DNA of 64,000 nucleotides from Perkinsus olseni (Eukaryota): NCBI GenBank assembly GCA_013115125.1, contig JABANN010000081.1, positions 1 to 64,000 of the forward strand, read 5' to 3'. Shown piece by piece: positions 14,902 to 27,694 of this stretch (position 1 is its first letter; each line of letters starts with the position of its first letter). The notes under the pieces were generated by a model. It saw only the letters and a program-made list of their open reading frames with translations, ran no database searches and was not told where the DNA came from. The position numbers and the translations under genes were made by a program.

Positions 14902-16786
14902 TTATCCGGAGCTTATTCGCAGCTGCACACGCCTCGAATTTCCGTACCCACTGATGATCAGTGACTGATCATTCAAGAGACTTGCCAAAGGGTCGAAGTT
15001 CTCAGGAAGGGCAAGTATAAGCTCGGGCCCAAGGATTCCTTGTCATGTTGATAGTCCAGGCTAGCAGTTCCCTGTAAAGGAATTGCTACTCTGGAATCCG
15101 TCTTATATAGAGACATAGGCGAGAATAGCTGAGAATATATCAATGTATTCAAGAATAGCTGGAAATATATCTATATGTATATATCATCATATATCATATA
15201 TCTGGGAATGCATCAGAAGGGTTACATTTTGCCCGAATTGTACAGTTAGTTCCGTGAAATCTACCCGAGCTTCCTTGAGGTGAAGCTCTGAATGTGCGGC
15301 GAAAGCTGTGATATTCGGAAAGCTCCACCTTAAAAGATAGTTATACGCGATGGACTCCACGTTTTCGATGCACTCGGTGCAGCCAAATGAGCATCGAACT
15401 GTCGCAACGGCTGTTTGATCTAGTTCGGCTGCCAGCTGGGAAAGCTGACCGCTTCCTACACGGTCATTGAAACGCTGAACATCGGTCGAAATGCCAACTA
15501 CTCTCCATTGTATATCTCTTGATGCATTGCGGAGTTGCCCGGCAGATACCTTGTTTCTCTCTCTAAGCCTTTGTTAAAAGTTTTTAATAAAATCGTCTGG
15601 CCCCTAAGATCAGAGTATGTCATACTCAGTATGATCTCGATATGAAGGTCAGACGTCTCTGCGAATTTGTTGCTCGCAGGACTCCCTCCACCGGCTGGAG
15701 GGTGGGGTCCGCCCTGCGGCTCTTCATTGTTAGATGACGCGTCGCCAGGTGCATCATCGTCCTCCGAGTCATAATGACTCATAGTCTATGAGCGTCTCGC
15801 CGAGACGGTCTCGGGGATTCGGATTCGTGCGTCACCCAGATCATCATGTATACACACGTATTTCAAGCATGTCAAACAGAGAGGAATTTGGGCCCTACCG
15901 TCTACGCGCATCACCTGAGAGTATCCTCTACTGCGTATACTGTTTGTAGCGACCAAAACCGTTCGAACGAGCGTAAGACGAGAGCTACAACAGCAACCGC
16001 GAACAAGAATCCTAGCGCCTGCAGCACTGAACCCGAACCGTGAAATCAGTGGTGCATACACAGCAGAACTGTAAATTTGCATGTGTGTATCATGTAGAAG
16101 TCCCAGGAGTAATTCTCACCAGTTTGCACTAATCGAGTTTTGCCTCGACCTCGCAGGCGTAGAACCAAACAATATCTAATATGTTATAACGGCGCGATGC
16201 TTATAGGCCCAAAGCTCGTGCCCACAATCTTGAAGAAACGCAGACGAAGGGGCATCGTCCGTAATCCTGCACTCAGTGTTACCTGAAACCGCCGGTTTCA
16301 AACCGGGATGCACATTTACAAAATCCCAGTTTGGTCACTGAGAAATTGGCTGCATGGCCTCTACCATTTAATGGTGGACCTTTCATCTCAACATATCAAA
16401 ACTTTGCTGTAGGTTACAGTGGCAGCCCATTAATGCAAGACCTTCACTGATATGTGACAGTTCGACTCGGGCTTACTAAGCGTGCTAATCATCACGGACC
16501 AACAGGAACAGTCACAGTTAGTAGGGAAAGGATTGGGGCCAATCTCAAGTATTTCGAAGTGTTTCAAACTGAGGCCTCGAGATCTTGCTCTCTTGGAAAC
16601 GCAGAATCTGTTGTCCCAAAAGCACTGTTTCGATTAAGCCGGTGCTCGCTTCAAGCGAGCAAGCGAGCCGCTTGGGCACTAGTCGGCCTCGGCGCTGGGT
16701 CATAGGCCCATCAGCTATCACCATCTACCAATTTAGGCGAATATTGAATTTCGAACGCAACAGCTAAACAAACGGCAATGCAGCAT

Positions 16787-17400
16787 TTATGGAGTCCGAC
16801 ATACCCTCAAACAACTGGGTACTGCGCCAGAAGTTCTACTCACGACGATACTTCTTCTCCCCGGGAGAATCTCCCGCCCTTCAATCATCATCATCGCCTC
16901 TAAGTGCTCATGTTTCAGACGGTTGCGAGGCCCATCTTTGATGCGGTTCATAGCACTGAAACCACGCTCAGCCGTGGCCCCAGGGTCTCTCGCACCTGGC
17001 CACCTCCACGATTGCATAGCTACCCGTTTGGTCTGGTCTGCTACAGACCAAATGAAATGATGGAAACTTTCTGCAGCTCCAGTGTGCAGCACACTGGAAA
17101 TGCAGGAAGTTTCCGCGGTTTCGGGAGCACTTTTCAGACACCCTGGCGCAGCTCTCACGAAGTTGTACACGTCGTGCTGGTGCGCTGCACTCTCTGTCAA
17201 TCTGTACTGGCTGTAGAGTTCCTTTTTCGAGCATCCACATCGTGGCCAAATGCTCTTCTGAAGGTTTCCGGGAGCCAACGGACTCCGTTGAACGGAGTGA
17301 CTTCCCAACTCGCTTGGCCCCCTTCCCGAGGAACCTCCATTCATCCATCGCTGTTTCATACATTGTAGGTTTCGTCCAAGTCTTGGACGAAAATCTTGGA
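16787..17400 (-). mobile_element. hAT-superfamily transposase remnant (C-terminal dimerisation domain)
   Basis: ATAERGFSAMNRIKDGPRNRLKHEHLEAMMMI matches the hAT motif ERxFSxxxxIxxxxRNRL. Upstream coding is frameshifted. Confidence 0.8.
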
Positions 17401-18839
17401 CTCCAAGATCGTTTCAGTCTTGCGCGGTTTCATGACGAAACAAACAAAATCAACCATTCATAGCAACTTTTGCATAGCTCATGGCAAGACCCAGCGTGTG
17501 TGGAGACATGGCCATACCCAGCAGATAACGCTGCTCACTGAGCAGTGCTCAGTTGTGAGCCACTCGTTCACGGAGTCCGCAACCACGAATTCCAATTGGA
17601 CTTGATAGCATCCTATTCGACATCAGACCATGGTGTCGTCGTTCTCGGTGCCTGGAGGTATGAGTACGTCTTGCCAAGACGGTCTTGGTGCGGCACCTTG
17701 GTGCTGGGAAGTACAAGGCCGAGACAGCTACGCGCTTGTGCGTTGTATGGTGTCGTATTTGTATGTGTGGAAGCTAGCGCTTTGGATATTCGGTTTCTTG
17801 ATCTGCATCGTTGCTAAAGGTAGTAGCAGTACCGTTCTAGATTTGCGGTCATGCGAGTAGTATAGTGGTTATTCTCAGTTGGTCGCTAAGTGTTTCGCGA
17901 TTTAACCCACCCACTGCCTCCCGGAGCTGAGTGATCGGTGTGTCTAGCTGTCTCACACTGTGTCCCTGAACAGAGGGCTACTGGTTTGGTGACTGGTTCC
18001 AGAGCGCACCTGCCAGATGGAGAGTAACGCCTCCGTTAACCATCAGCATCTACCTCCGTCTAGCCCTTGCGCCGTACAAGGTTGCTGGTAGCACGTCGTG
18101 CTTGGCAGACTGCCGACGGCAGTTACCCAGGTAGCATTTCTGCCTTCTCCGCCCATGAGCTCTGTGGTTTTGAGTTTACACGAGTGCGTACCAGAGCGGG
18201 ATTGTAGTGTTACACAATAACTATTACCAATACTGTGCTACACAATTCGTGTTACAATGATTCACTATTGATGAGACGTATAGCATCGATCATATGCGTA
18301 CAGTGTACGTCGTACACTGTAGGCTTTCAAACCGTTCTCTTCACCAACTACAAGACGATTATATCGCATAGGGTATATAAAGGGTCTACATATCGAATAT
18401 ACCTACTATGAATGGTGGTTCTGAAGCACTGCTTCAGAACCTCATCAAATATTGTGCAAGAATCTGGTCCCGGAATTCTCACCCGGCAAGAGGTGCAGTA
18501 ACACCTTTTATTATCGAAGACTAGTGCCTGCGGGAGTAAACGAGAGGCTTATCTACCGGCCAATCTCTATGCCATAGAGGGTCATCTCTATGCCTGAAGC
18601 CCCATAGAGTCTATGGGGCTTCAGGCTGGGCGGATCTTCACGGGTGAACCATAGCACCCTCGTCGCGACCGAGCATGCCTTCTACCCACCGTTGGTCCCT
18701 CCACTAGCGACAAGTGAGTTAGCTCCCAACACAACAAGCGATACTCAACAGGAGCCGTATTAGTCCAAGTGACCTGACGGGGTAGCACTTGGGGCCGGGA
18801 AACTGATCCTCTGGTACTCGATCCATCCTGGATGCTCGG

Positions 18840-19202
18840 TCAAGACGCCGCAGAGTGATCGAACTTATTCACCAGCCAGACTCCCTCCGAAAGAGGCCAC
18901 CCAGTGACCTTCAGCTTAGCATTAGAAAAAGTCCCACCATCATCGAGAATGCCTTCATTGAGAGCAATCAAGATCACGCCGTCAGTAGTATAAATGATGT
19001 AGCCGAACTCTCCACTACGATGGACTTCGGTCGAGAAAACTATAAGTTCATGAGGCTTTTCAGCAGGCCCTCTGCTGTGATACCGTCGGATGCCAGCTAG
19101 CAGTGCGGCGGTGAGCATTCCGGTAGGCTTTGTCGCAGCTGGACGACCCACGAGCGGGCTGCGGGCTGCTGTAGCCACCCTACGGACAGAGAGACGATTC
19201 AT
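18840..19202 (-). CDS. Hypothetical 120-aa protein with Arg/Ala/Ser-rich transit-peptide-like N-terminus
   Basis: GCCGCCATG start context. MNRLSVRRVATAARSPLVGR..IRRYHS lacks acidic residues. Confidence 0.4.
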   Translation of the reverse strand: MNRLSVRRVATAARSPLVGRPAATKPTGMLTAALLAGIRRYHSRGPAEKPHELIVFSTEVHRSGEFGYIIYTTDGVILIALNEGILDDGGTFSNAKLKVTGWPLSEGVWLVNKFDHSAAS

Positions 19203-20155
19203 GGCGGCCTTTAGAGTCCTCCTCACTTTGCGACCTCCCGGGTTAGCCCATCGGACGAGCGAGCCGACGGTTGGGCTCTGAGCCCGCAGGATTCCCTCGT
19301 TGATTCGCGTCTTGCTTTCCGCATCTTCTCGAGCCGTTCTTCGAGAGAGACACCCCACTCTGTAATAGGCGTCCGACGCTTCATGAGGCAAGGGGGCTAT
19401 ACAGAGGAGCAGCGTTAGCGGTCATTGACCTTGGAATATTTACAACGTTAACGATTCTATCTTCTACCAGAGGGGTAGAAGCCCCTGGGGGATCTGCACC
19501 AGATCTTCTAATAGAAAACTTCTATGATGCGGTGACGATAGTTGATGATAGATTCCGCGTGAGGGAGAGCAAGCCGAGAGGTCCCTTCATGCGGCACAAT
19601 AGCTGATATTGATAGAGGGAGTAAAGGATTGTAACTTTTCTCTACTGAGACAACGTCTAATTATAGCTCAAGATAAAAGTCTAAGGGACATAGGGGCGAT
19701 AATCGACGAACCTCAGCGTGTCACGTTCAGTGCTCTGAAGCCCAATCAGTCAGGCTCATGATGCTCCACTACGTTGTCAATACACATGTCGCCAACCAGC
19801 TGACGGCTCCAAGCGATACAACTGCATAACACAACAACCGCTGACTATGACAAATGGTGGTAGTGAGAACAAAAAAGAGCCCAAGCTGAACAATCGACTC
19901 AAGTCGGGTCGGATGATGATATTGAAGGCTTCTCCTGCAAGACCACCAACCGATAAGCTCGGTCCTGAGGAAGTGCTACTCATTATGCGCCGATCGTCTT
20001 GCGTATGCATGCATAGCTGATTCCCATCGGGTAAGAAGGCTTAGAAGGTAGATAAGCTTTGTACTCCCTCTCGGCTTGCGTCGACTATGAACATCAACGA
20101 GGAAGCAACAGAAAGGCACACGAGTTGCAGGGCAGTCTATTGGGTGCTGCGAAAC

Positions 20156-22000
20156 TCACAACTTTGCACGTGACAAGACTCTGCAGTAAAGACTTGAACT
20201 CCCCGAATTCGATTTGACCATCGCCGTTGTCGTCGACCTGAACATGTATCCTAGATACAACCTTGTACTCCCGCCTCGTGGCATGGTGGTCGAGCGCATA
20301 TTTTCCATCCCAGAATCGATGTTGATTAGAGCTTCACTCACATGACGGGCATTGCGTCTGATGAAGCCTCGGTAATGATCCCTCCCGTAATCAGGTATCT
20401 TCATTTCTTGCGCAATTTGGCGAATCTCACCTGACGCCAAAATCAGCGATAAATAAAGAGGAGCTCACCGGTGATCACTTACTGGCCTCTAGGAACCCTG
20501 ACTTGTCCGAGTCGTAAAGATGGAAGATTCTTAGCATGGAGGACTCGTCGAGGTTCAGTAAGCTGAACTGCTTGGCTGTCTCGTCGGCAACCTGTTGATA
20601 ATGGCAAAGAAGCATAAAATATCAATCCCTACTTTCGCAGCGTAAGCCGCGTTTCTAACTGCGTTCATCGATTTACGCGAAACCTTCTCTCGATCAATCG
20701 GCATGTACTTTGACCAGTGGTTAGCGAGTGCCTCGTATCTGCGGTCGACTTTGAACGACAGCCGTTTGTGAAATTGGGGAAGGAGAGATATTTTCGCATA
20801 GAGCAAGTCCCAAGGCGTGCCGCGGCTAAGATCGGCGAGGAGAGAGACGTTAGTTTACAGCTTCTCGAAGTTTTCCGGTGAGACGAACTCTTCACCATCC
20901 GCGGTCCGGCAGCTGTAAGTGTCGAAGGCCTACAAGGGACCGTCATAATCGATCAACCACAACACGGCCGTAGTCGAAGGGAAAAGACAAGAATCTTGCG
21001 CACTGTCTACATAACACAGTCTGTGCTCATCCTAGCTTCGCATCCTAACTCTTTTCTATCTCGTTCACTATGAGCCCAGGCTACCTATGTTCTACAACTA
21101 CACCTACTGCATCGAGGTAGTGCACTTGCCACAAGATGCCCGGTCCCACCCGCTGACAGAATTTTCGAAACCACTCTGGTCCATCTTCTGCTTCTGCGAA
21201 CTCCGGAACTCGCCGATCGAGTCCCATCTTTCGCAATGCAATGGTCAGCTCGCCTCTCCCGAGTTGCCTACGATAGTATCTTATGTTGACGCGTGCTCGA
21301 AGCAAGACCCACCCTTTGGCAGGCAGATCGACCTCAACATACAGTCGTTTGCAGTACGCAATCTCGTCCTTAGCAAGCCGGGTTCCGTTCGACTGAGATA
21401 ATGACGTAATGAGACCATCGAAGCGTGTATAACAACCGATGAGGGATAGAATGAAACGAAGGGAAAAGGGAAAGAGGAGAAATGGAGAAATTGCTTTGGG
21501 AGTAGTCGCTAGGCTCTACCGCAACATGAAGACAGTAGACGTTTGTGTGCAACCAAGAAGGTAGGCAGCGGTCCCCGTCGAGTCGACGGCGTCGACCTAC
21601 TAGAGAGATAGGAGAAGGGCCCTCGTTTTTCTTTCGCCACTCTGCAGCAATTCTGTGGAACGTCTCACGCCTGACGACAACGAGTAAAGCTATGCAGCAC
21701 TTGATCTCATTACAGCCTAGCATTTTCTTCACTGGGCCTTGAGGCCTGGCCAAACATGAGTCAACAGAAGACGGACTGAGAGCTTGTCGGTACCGCGGAA
21801 AAATTGAATGACGCAAGTCCCTCACTGGGAAGTGGAAACACTCGAAGAGATGAAGTAGCGCTGATCGGGTTCAAAGCGATGTGCTCGAGACTATATCCAG
21901 CGAAGCTATTTCCGCTTGAGTAGTAGGGGTATATAGTAGGGGATTTCCGGGATGGAGTGGTATACCCGACAGAGATGAACTCCATAACTCCTGTCAACCA
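20156..22000 (-). CDS. Multi-exon hypothetical gene or pseudogene
   Basis: Same-strand series of protein-like ORFs (21761, 21081, 20555, 20156) with splice-like boundaries. No family recognised. Confidence 0.35.
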
Positions 22001-22201
22001 TCAATGACCACTGCCGTAGACATGATCAGGATCTCAGGTATGATTCTCACGCAGGGGCAATGAGCACATCGAAGGGGAACAGATTCGAGGAGCCTTGCAG
22101 AGGGCCGGGAGGGGACAGTATGTTAGAGGCCGACTGATTGGGAACACAACACCCGAGTTTTGCCCTCTGGAATCCCCAGATGTCTCATTAACACCAGTCA
22201 T

Positions 22202-22972
22202 CTATACCATTGAGATGTACCATGTGAGATTACCATCTATACCTATATGGAGGCTCAGGCTGCCTATACGGAGGATAAGGCTGCCTATACGGAGGATAAT
22301 GCTGCCTATACGGGGGATAAGCCTGCCTATACGGAGGAGGATAAGGCTGCCTATACGGAGGAGGATAAGGCTGCCTATACGGAGGAGGATAAGGCTGCCT
22401 TTACGGAGGATAAGGCTGCCTTTACGGAGGATAAGGCTGCCTATATGGAGGAGGATAAGGCTGCCTGTACGGGGGATAAGGCTGCCTTTACGGAGGATAA
22501 GGCTGCCTATATGGAGGAGGATAAGGCTGCCTATATGGAGGAGGATAAGGCTGCCTATACGGAGGGGGATAAGGCTGCCTATACGGGGGAGGATAAGGCT
22601 GCCTTTACGGAGGATAAGGCTGCCTTTACGGAGGATAAGGCTGCCTTTACGGAGGATAAGGCTGCCTTTACGGAGGATAAGGNNNNNNNNNNNNNNNNNN
22701 NNNNNNNNNNNNNNNNNNNNNNNNNNNNNNNNNNNNNNNNNNNNNNNNNNNNNNNNNNNNNNNNNNNNNNNNNNNNNNNNGGCTGCCTATACGGCGGTGG
22801 AGGATAAAGAAGTCATTAGACTCGCGGATAAAGCGGCATGCTTCGAATAGGGAAACCCTCCCGCCAATTTGATCTCTCAACTCGCTAATAGGATATCCTC
22901 CACCTCCGTATAGGCAGCCTTATCCTCCGTATAGGCAGCCTTAGCCTCCATATAGGCATCTCAATGGTATAG
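22202..22972. mobile_element. Foldback/MITE-like TIR element with a 21/24-bp minisatellite arm (spans an N gap)
   Basis: Ends ctataccattgagatg / catctcaatggtatag. Unit ggaggataaggctgcctatac repeated ~20+ times on the left and inverted ~3 times on the right. Confidence 0.8.
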
Positions 22973-23209
22973 TCCAGCTGATCGTAGCGATATAGGATGA
23001 ACGGACTACATGTCACCAACACAAGAGCCCAGGGACCATACAGTGTACTTCTCTAGCCCGAATCACGGGGATGGTGATTAAAAAAGGAACGACGAGACGA
23101 CAATTTACGGAAGGAGCGGTATAGCAACTCGACGATAGCGATACGAAAAAAGGAATAATATTCTAACCAGACTCAGAAATGCTATGAAAAGAGGAAAATA
23201 GTCAATTGA

Positions 23210-25333
23210 CTATGTAGAAGTAGTAGTGCAGGTTGTGGGTAGTTGGACTACAATATCAGCGGTGGTTGGTGTAGTGAAGAGGTTGTACGGGTTGTAGCGG
23301 CACTTCACCTCCTGCAGGCGGTTATATACACCATTCGATAGCGGACCGAAATAGCGATACTTCCAATGGTCGGGCTGGACGTCTTGGCCGGGGAAGAACT
23401 TATCCTTCCAGGGCTCGACAGTCCATTGGTTACTGATGTAGTTTTGATAGCTTTCCTTAAGTGAACTGAACTGATCGATCGCAGCAAAGGCTTTGGCAGC
23501 CCAATTCGTGGAGGTCTCCTCGCCGGCAGAATCTCTTTTGTTCCACAAAGAGGAGACTTGAATATTCCATCCTTGATGACGATGGACGAAGGAAGTACAT
23601 GGCCCGGCACCAAAGCAGTCGGTGGGCTCATCCAACATCTTGCCGCCATAATATTGGAAAGTGATGATGCAGATGTTGCGGCCTTTTTGACACTCCGGCT
23701 GATGACTCAAATCCCAAATGGTATTCCAAAAGGAATCTGTCATGTCACCTTGACGGACATAAACAGAATTACTCTTCCACGGTAAGTTTTCATTCAGACT
23801 CCAATCATAAGCCCAACAATTGTCCATGGCAGAAGTAGGGTCAACACCAGTACCAGGATAGACAGCATCACTCGGACAGTCAGGGTCGGCCCATTTAGTG
23901 CACCCAGCCCACGACCAGGCACCATAAGCAGAATTGGTGAACTTCTGCGAGGGTTTGGTAATCCAAGTATTAACGTGTACTGCGGAATCCACCTTGTCCA
24001 TGGTCTCATCACAATCAGTACAATCAGAAGTGATCGGATCGCAAAGGCACATCCCTTCATAGTGCATCTCGAAGTTGCTGTGGATCTTCACTTTACCCCA
24101 AAGGCCATTACTGGACGGCTGATTGATCATAACATTTTGATAAGCCTTGGTCTTGGCAAGCACGTCAGCCTTCGACTTACTATTGGCTGCAACCTGATGG
24201 CGGTAAATGTAGACCTTCTCACTGGCACGTATGGCACTGAGGTACCACTTGATAACGACACCATAGTTGCCACCCATACCGCCACGGAGGGCCTTCAACA
24301 GATCAGCATGGTCGTTGGTCCGAGTAGCATGGACCATCTTGAAGGACCCGCCATCTTCTTGTACTACGATATCAACAGCCATGACATGATCAGCCAACAT
24401 ACCCCACATAGTGCTCGAGTATCCATAGGCCCCTCCTTGTGTTAGACCCGATACCGACACGGAAGGGCAGCTTCCACCATTGATGCTCAGAGGAGGGCTG
24501 TGGTCATACAGCCTCGTGTAGGCCTCCAACAACCTCGTCCCTGCACCTATCTTGGCTACATAACCGCTTTCAGCTATTGCGTCGTCGGAGACCTCAACAG
24601 AATTGAAATCATCCATAAGGATAACTATGCCGTCTTGGACTGTACTTTGACCAGCGAAGGAGCTGCCGGCGGGACTTCTCACCACAACAGCCACGCGGTG
24701 TCGAAGGCACACGTCCATGATGATTAGTATATCGCCCTCGCTCCGCGGTCTGATGGCTGCCAAAGGCTGTACTCCCGTGTATTGCGGCATGAACACTGAG
24801 GGTATCTTATCTCCAGTCAGGATGTTAGCGATTCCAAAGATACTCTCTAGCTCCGCAATAGCCCCGTCGGCGTCAGCGTCACATTGCAAGGTCTTGAAGC
24901 AGTCGTATGGGTCATCACCAGGAGTTACGTTTGGTGTGGTAGGAGTAGGGGCAGGCGGACCACTGCATGGGACCTCGGATCCATGACAGACGGGAGGCTC
25001 GGACCAATACTTACAATACGACACGCCATCCACTTGCTCTCTGCAGTAGCCGTCCCAATCGAAGCTAGCAGAACTCGCTGTAGTAGTTATCCCAACAGGG
25101 TCAGTCGTGATAGGAATTGGTGAAGGTGTGGTATGACCCGGGCTGGTTGTAGACAGAAGACTAGGTCCACAGAGATCTTCACTGCCGTGGCAGAGTGCCG
25201 GGAGACGATAAGATTTACAGTAAGAGTTTTGACCGATACGCTGCTGGCAATACTCATCCCACACCGAAGAGACCTCGGCCGCCATGAAAGACAACAGATT
25301 TTGGAGAAATAGAAAGTGCAGAGTTGAAGCCAT
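23210..25333 (-). CDS. Secreted BBE-like/AA7-type FAD-linked oxidoreductase, 2 N-terminal Cys modules
   Basis: Intronless ORF with hydrophobic leader from Met 25333. VVVRS..GSSFAGQS, GAG, GGSCPSV, LKALRGGMGGNYGVV, YQNY, RLQEVKCRYNPYNLF (BBE C-terminal motif). Confidence 0.9.
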   Translation of the reverse strand: MASTLHFLFLQNLLSFMAAEVSSVWDEYCQQRIGQNSYCKSYRLPALCHGSEDLCGPSLLSTTSPGHTTPSPIPITTDPVGITTTASSASFDWDGYCREQVDGVSYCKYWSEPPVCHGSEVPCSGPPAPTPTTPNVTPGDDPYDCFKTLQCDADADGAIAELESIFGIANILTGDKIPSVFMPQYTGVQPLAAIRPRSEGDILIIMDVCLRHRVAVVVRSPAGSSFAGQSTVQDGIVILMDDFNSVEVSDDAIAESGYVAKIGAGTRLLEAYTRLYDHSPPLSINGGSCPSVSVSGLTQGGAYGYSSTMWGMLADHVMAVDIVVQEDGGSFKMVHATRTNDHADLLKALRGGMGGNYGVVIKWYLSAIRASEKVYIYRHQVAANSKSKADVLAKTKAYQNVMINQPSSNGLWGKVKIHSNFEMHYEGMCLCDPITSDCTDCDETMDKVDSAVHVNTWITKPSQKFTNSAYGAWSWAGCTKWADPDCPSDAVYPGTGVDPTSAMDNCWAYDWSLNENLPWKSNSVYVRQGDMTDSFWNTIWDLSHQPECQKGRNICIITFQYYGGKMLDEPTDCFGAGPCTSFVHRHQGWNIQVSSLWNKRDSAGEETSTNWAAKAFAAIDQFSSLKESYQNYISNQWTVEPWKDKFFPGQDVQPDHWKYRYFGPLSNGVYNRLQEVKCRYNPYNLFTTPTTADIVVQLPTTCTTTST

Positions 25334-27694
25334 CGAATTTAGTGGGAAGTGATCAGAAAACAGAGAACAGCTGACAAGGTCGCACGTGGATCCTGATGCC
25401 TGTATCACTGCCCCCGTGTAAGATGACCATAAAATTCCGATTCACGAGTGAAAACATGACGTTCAGTACGTGAGCAGGGTGCGTGATACTTGAGTTCTGA
25501 GTAAGAGTATTGATTAATGATGATGACTGCAAATCCTGCCGCTCCGTCACACATACCCCACCCCAAACCCGTCGGACTCCCGCCCTGCCAATGACACCTG
25601 AAGCGAGTGGACGACGAGGCAACAACAATGCGCGAACGGCTCGTTCCGAAGCGAGGAGATTCTTCGCGTGACTGAAGTTGATGCCCTTAACGACGAAATC
25701 AACTCCATGGAATTGAGGATCTTATTCAGAGAATTGAATTCCTCATTCGAGTCTCAACGCTAAAATGACTTCTTTATTCGCTAATTGAATCTCCTACCGT
25801 CATAACTGCTCAAGACGACTCGAAAGTGAGAAATTCCTACTGCGAGGAGTGGACTATTTTTACCCATTCCCGGGAGTTTGGGGGAATCCACGAATTTTTT
25901 GCGCCTTTACTGGCTGCTTTCTCAAGACGAACCATGTAAATAAATCACCAACATTCCCAGAGAAAATCATGGTCATTCTTCCAGGTGATATTCACCATTC
26001 TTTCTTTTAGGGAATTTCGGGGATTTCCGGAGAGAAAAAATGCACCCTTCCTTGCTGGGCCACCCCGAAACTGCTGTCTTCACTCGCTGATGTGATATCC
26101 TCGAGCTCACAGTGCGGCAATTGCAACCACTTGACACGCCCTGGTCACAGCGGTGGGGTGGTAGCATTGAGACCTAGTCCGAGCGGTTGGTGTAGAGCAT
26201 ACATCATGAGCTCCACCATAGCGCGCGAACGGCCCAAACCACCAGGTAGCAACAGAATGACATCGGCAGGAGCAAGCTACTGCCAACGGAAAAACCCGTG
26301 AAACCAAGAGCGACTCGACCATCCCGAAGCGAAGACAGATCAGCATTGTTTACATCATTGTCATCATAAGCATCATAAGCATCATAATACTTTTGGCAAA
26401 ATGTAGGCGAAGATGTCCGTCACCGCGCCAGCACTGGAGGCGGGCACACGCCTCGTCGCTAGATTTTGCACCACTCTACACTTCGCAAGCTTTGTGTAGG
26501 TTGTTATACAAATGAGCGATTGAAGATGGTTCCTGATACGAGAAGACCTCCTGTGAGTGATAACTCAGTTAGTAGGGCTTCAACTACTGAGTCGCCATTT
26601 TTTACGCTGATACCCGAGTATCAACCCGCGCATTCAAAATAATTGGGGAATATTCGGACAGCCAGTTTCGAAGACTGAATCACGATTCACACTAGGGACA
26701 TCTTGATTCAACTCTGTCGATGACATGTGAGCTTGGACCATAGCGGCGAGCCTCTCGCCATTGTCAATGTTTCGATGAGAGCGTCTTCGTCGCCCAACCT
26801 ATCTTAGTGTCGAATACTAGAACTCAGTGTCACTACTTTTCTGGCTAGGGTCGCAACTAGAGTGAAACATTTGAAAGAGATTTTCAGGGCCGCGCAGGGA
26901 CGAAGGGAGAGGGCTCTGCCATAGGGAGCTCAGTATGCTCCCAATAGGAATAGAGCTCCTTATGGTACTCGATTCTTGAGGCCCTCCTGGGCATAATCGC
27001 GCTAGTTGTAGCCCTGTGTCTCGCAAGTGATGCAGATCTACCCTGTAAACCTGTCTTTGAATCACGCTGAAACTAGACGCGATAACGCCGTAAGCCCAGG
27101 AGTCTTTTCGCTACGCCATTAAAGCAATGCTTCGAGTGACGACTTGTAGCTTGAGCATTCCCCTATTTCATAATAAACTGGAACTTAACATATTCGAATC
27201 TAAATCAGCTAGTGCACTCGACTACTGAGACGCACAAGCCCTGAGAACGATGCAGATTGCTACGCCAAGTGACAAGTGGAAAAGTCAATGGTTGACCAGG
27301 GGTATTGATTTTCTATGATGCATCAGCGTCAAGCTCATGAACGCACGCGACTTCTGATAGGCCCATGACTGAAGTTTCCTTTCAGAAAACGAACCTCGAG
27401 TCAAGCTGTTCGACAGAACTCCCACTGAGCGTACGGGTTTCTCTACTTTGCTTGGAAAGCCCGGGGAAGTGTATTGACCAACACAACAGACTGATACCAT
27501 ACCAATGTACTCTTACTTGTCCGCTCTAGGCGGATACAGGAGGAAGACGAGAAAGAAACTTACGAAAGAATGAAAATAGCAATACGATTATAGCAATACA
27601 CAGAATGAGAAAAGTAACATAAGAATGATGTCGTGGAAGAGAAGGAAAACCACACTCAGAAAAATGATATAAAAGAATGAAAGTAGTCAATTGA

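Noticed and set aside
15498-15782. Gag-like or low-complexity ORF
   Set aside because: No recognisable motif, and its apparent start lies within a palindromic scar-like sequence.
22095-22850. Repeat-protein ORFs (RRIRLP / AAYTEDK)
   Set aside because: Reading frames of a 21/24-bp minisatellite inside a TIR element, spanning Ns. An inverted copy of the unit lies on the other arm.
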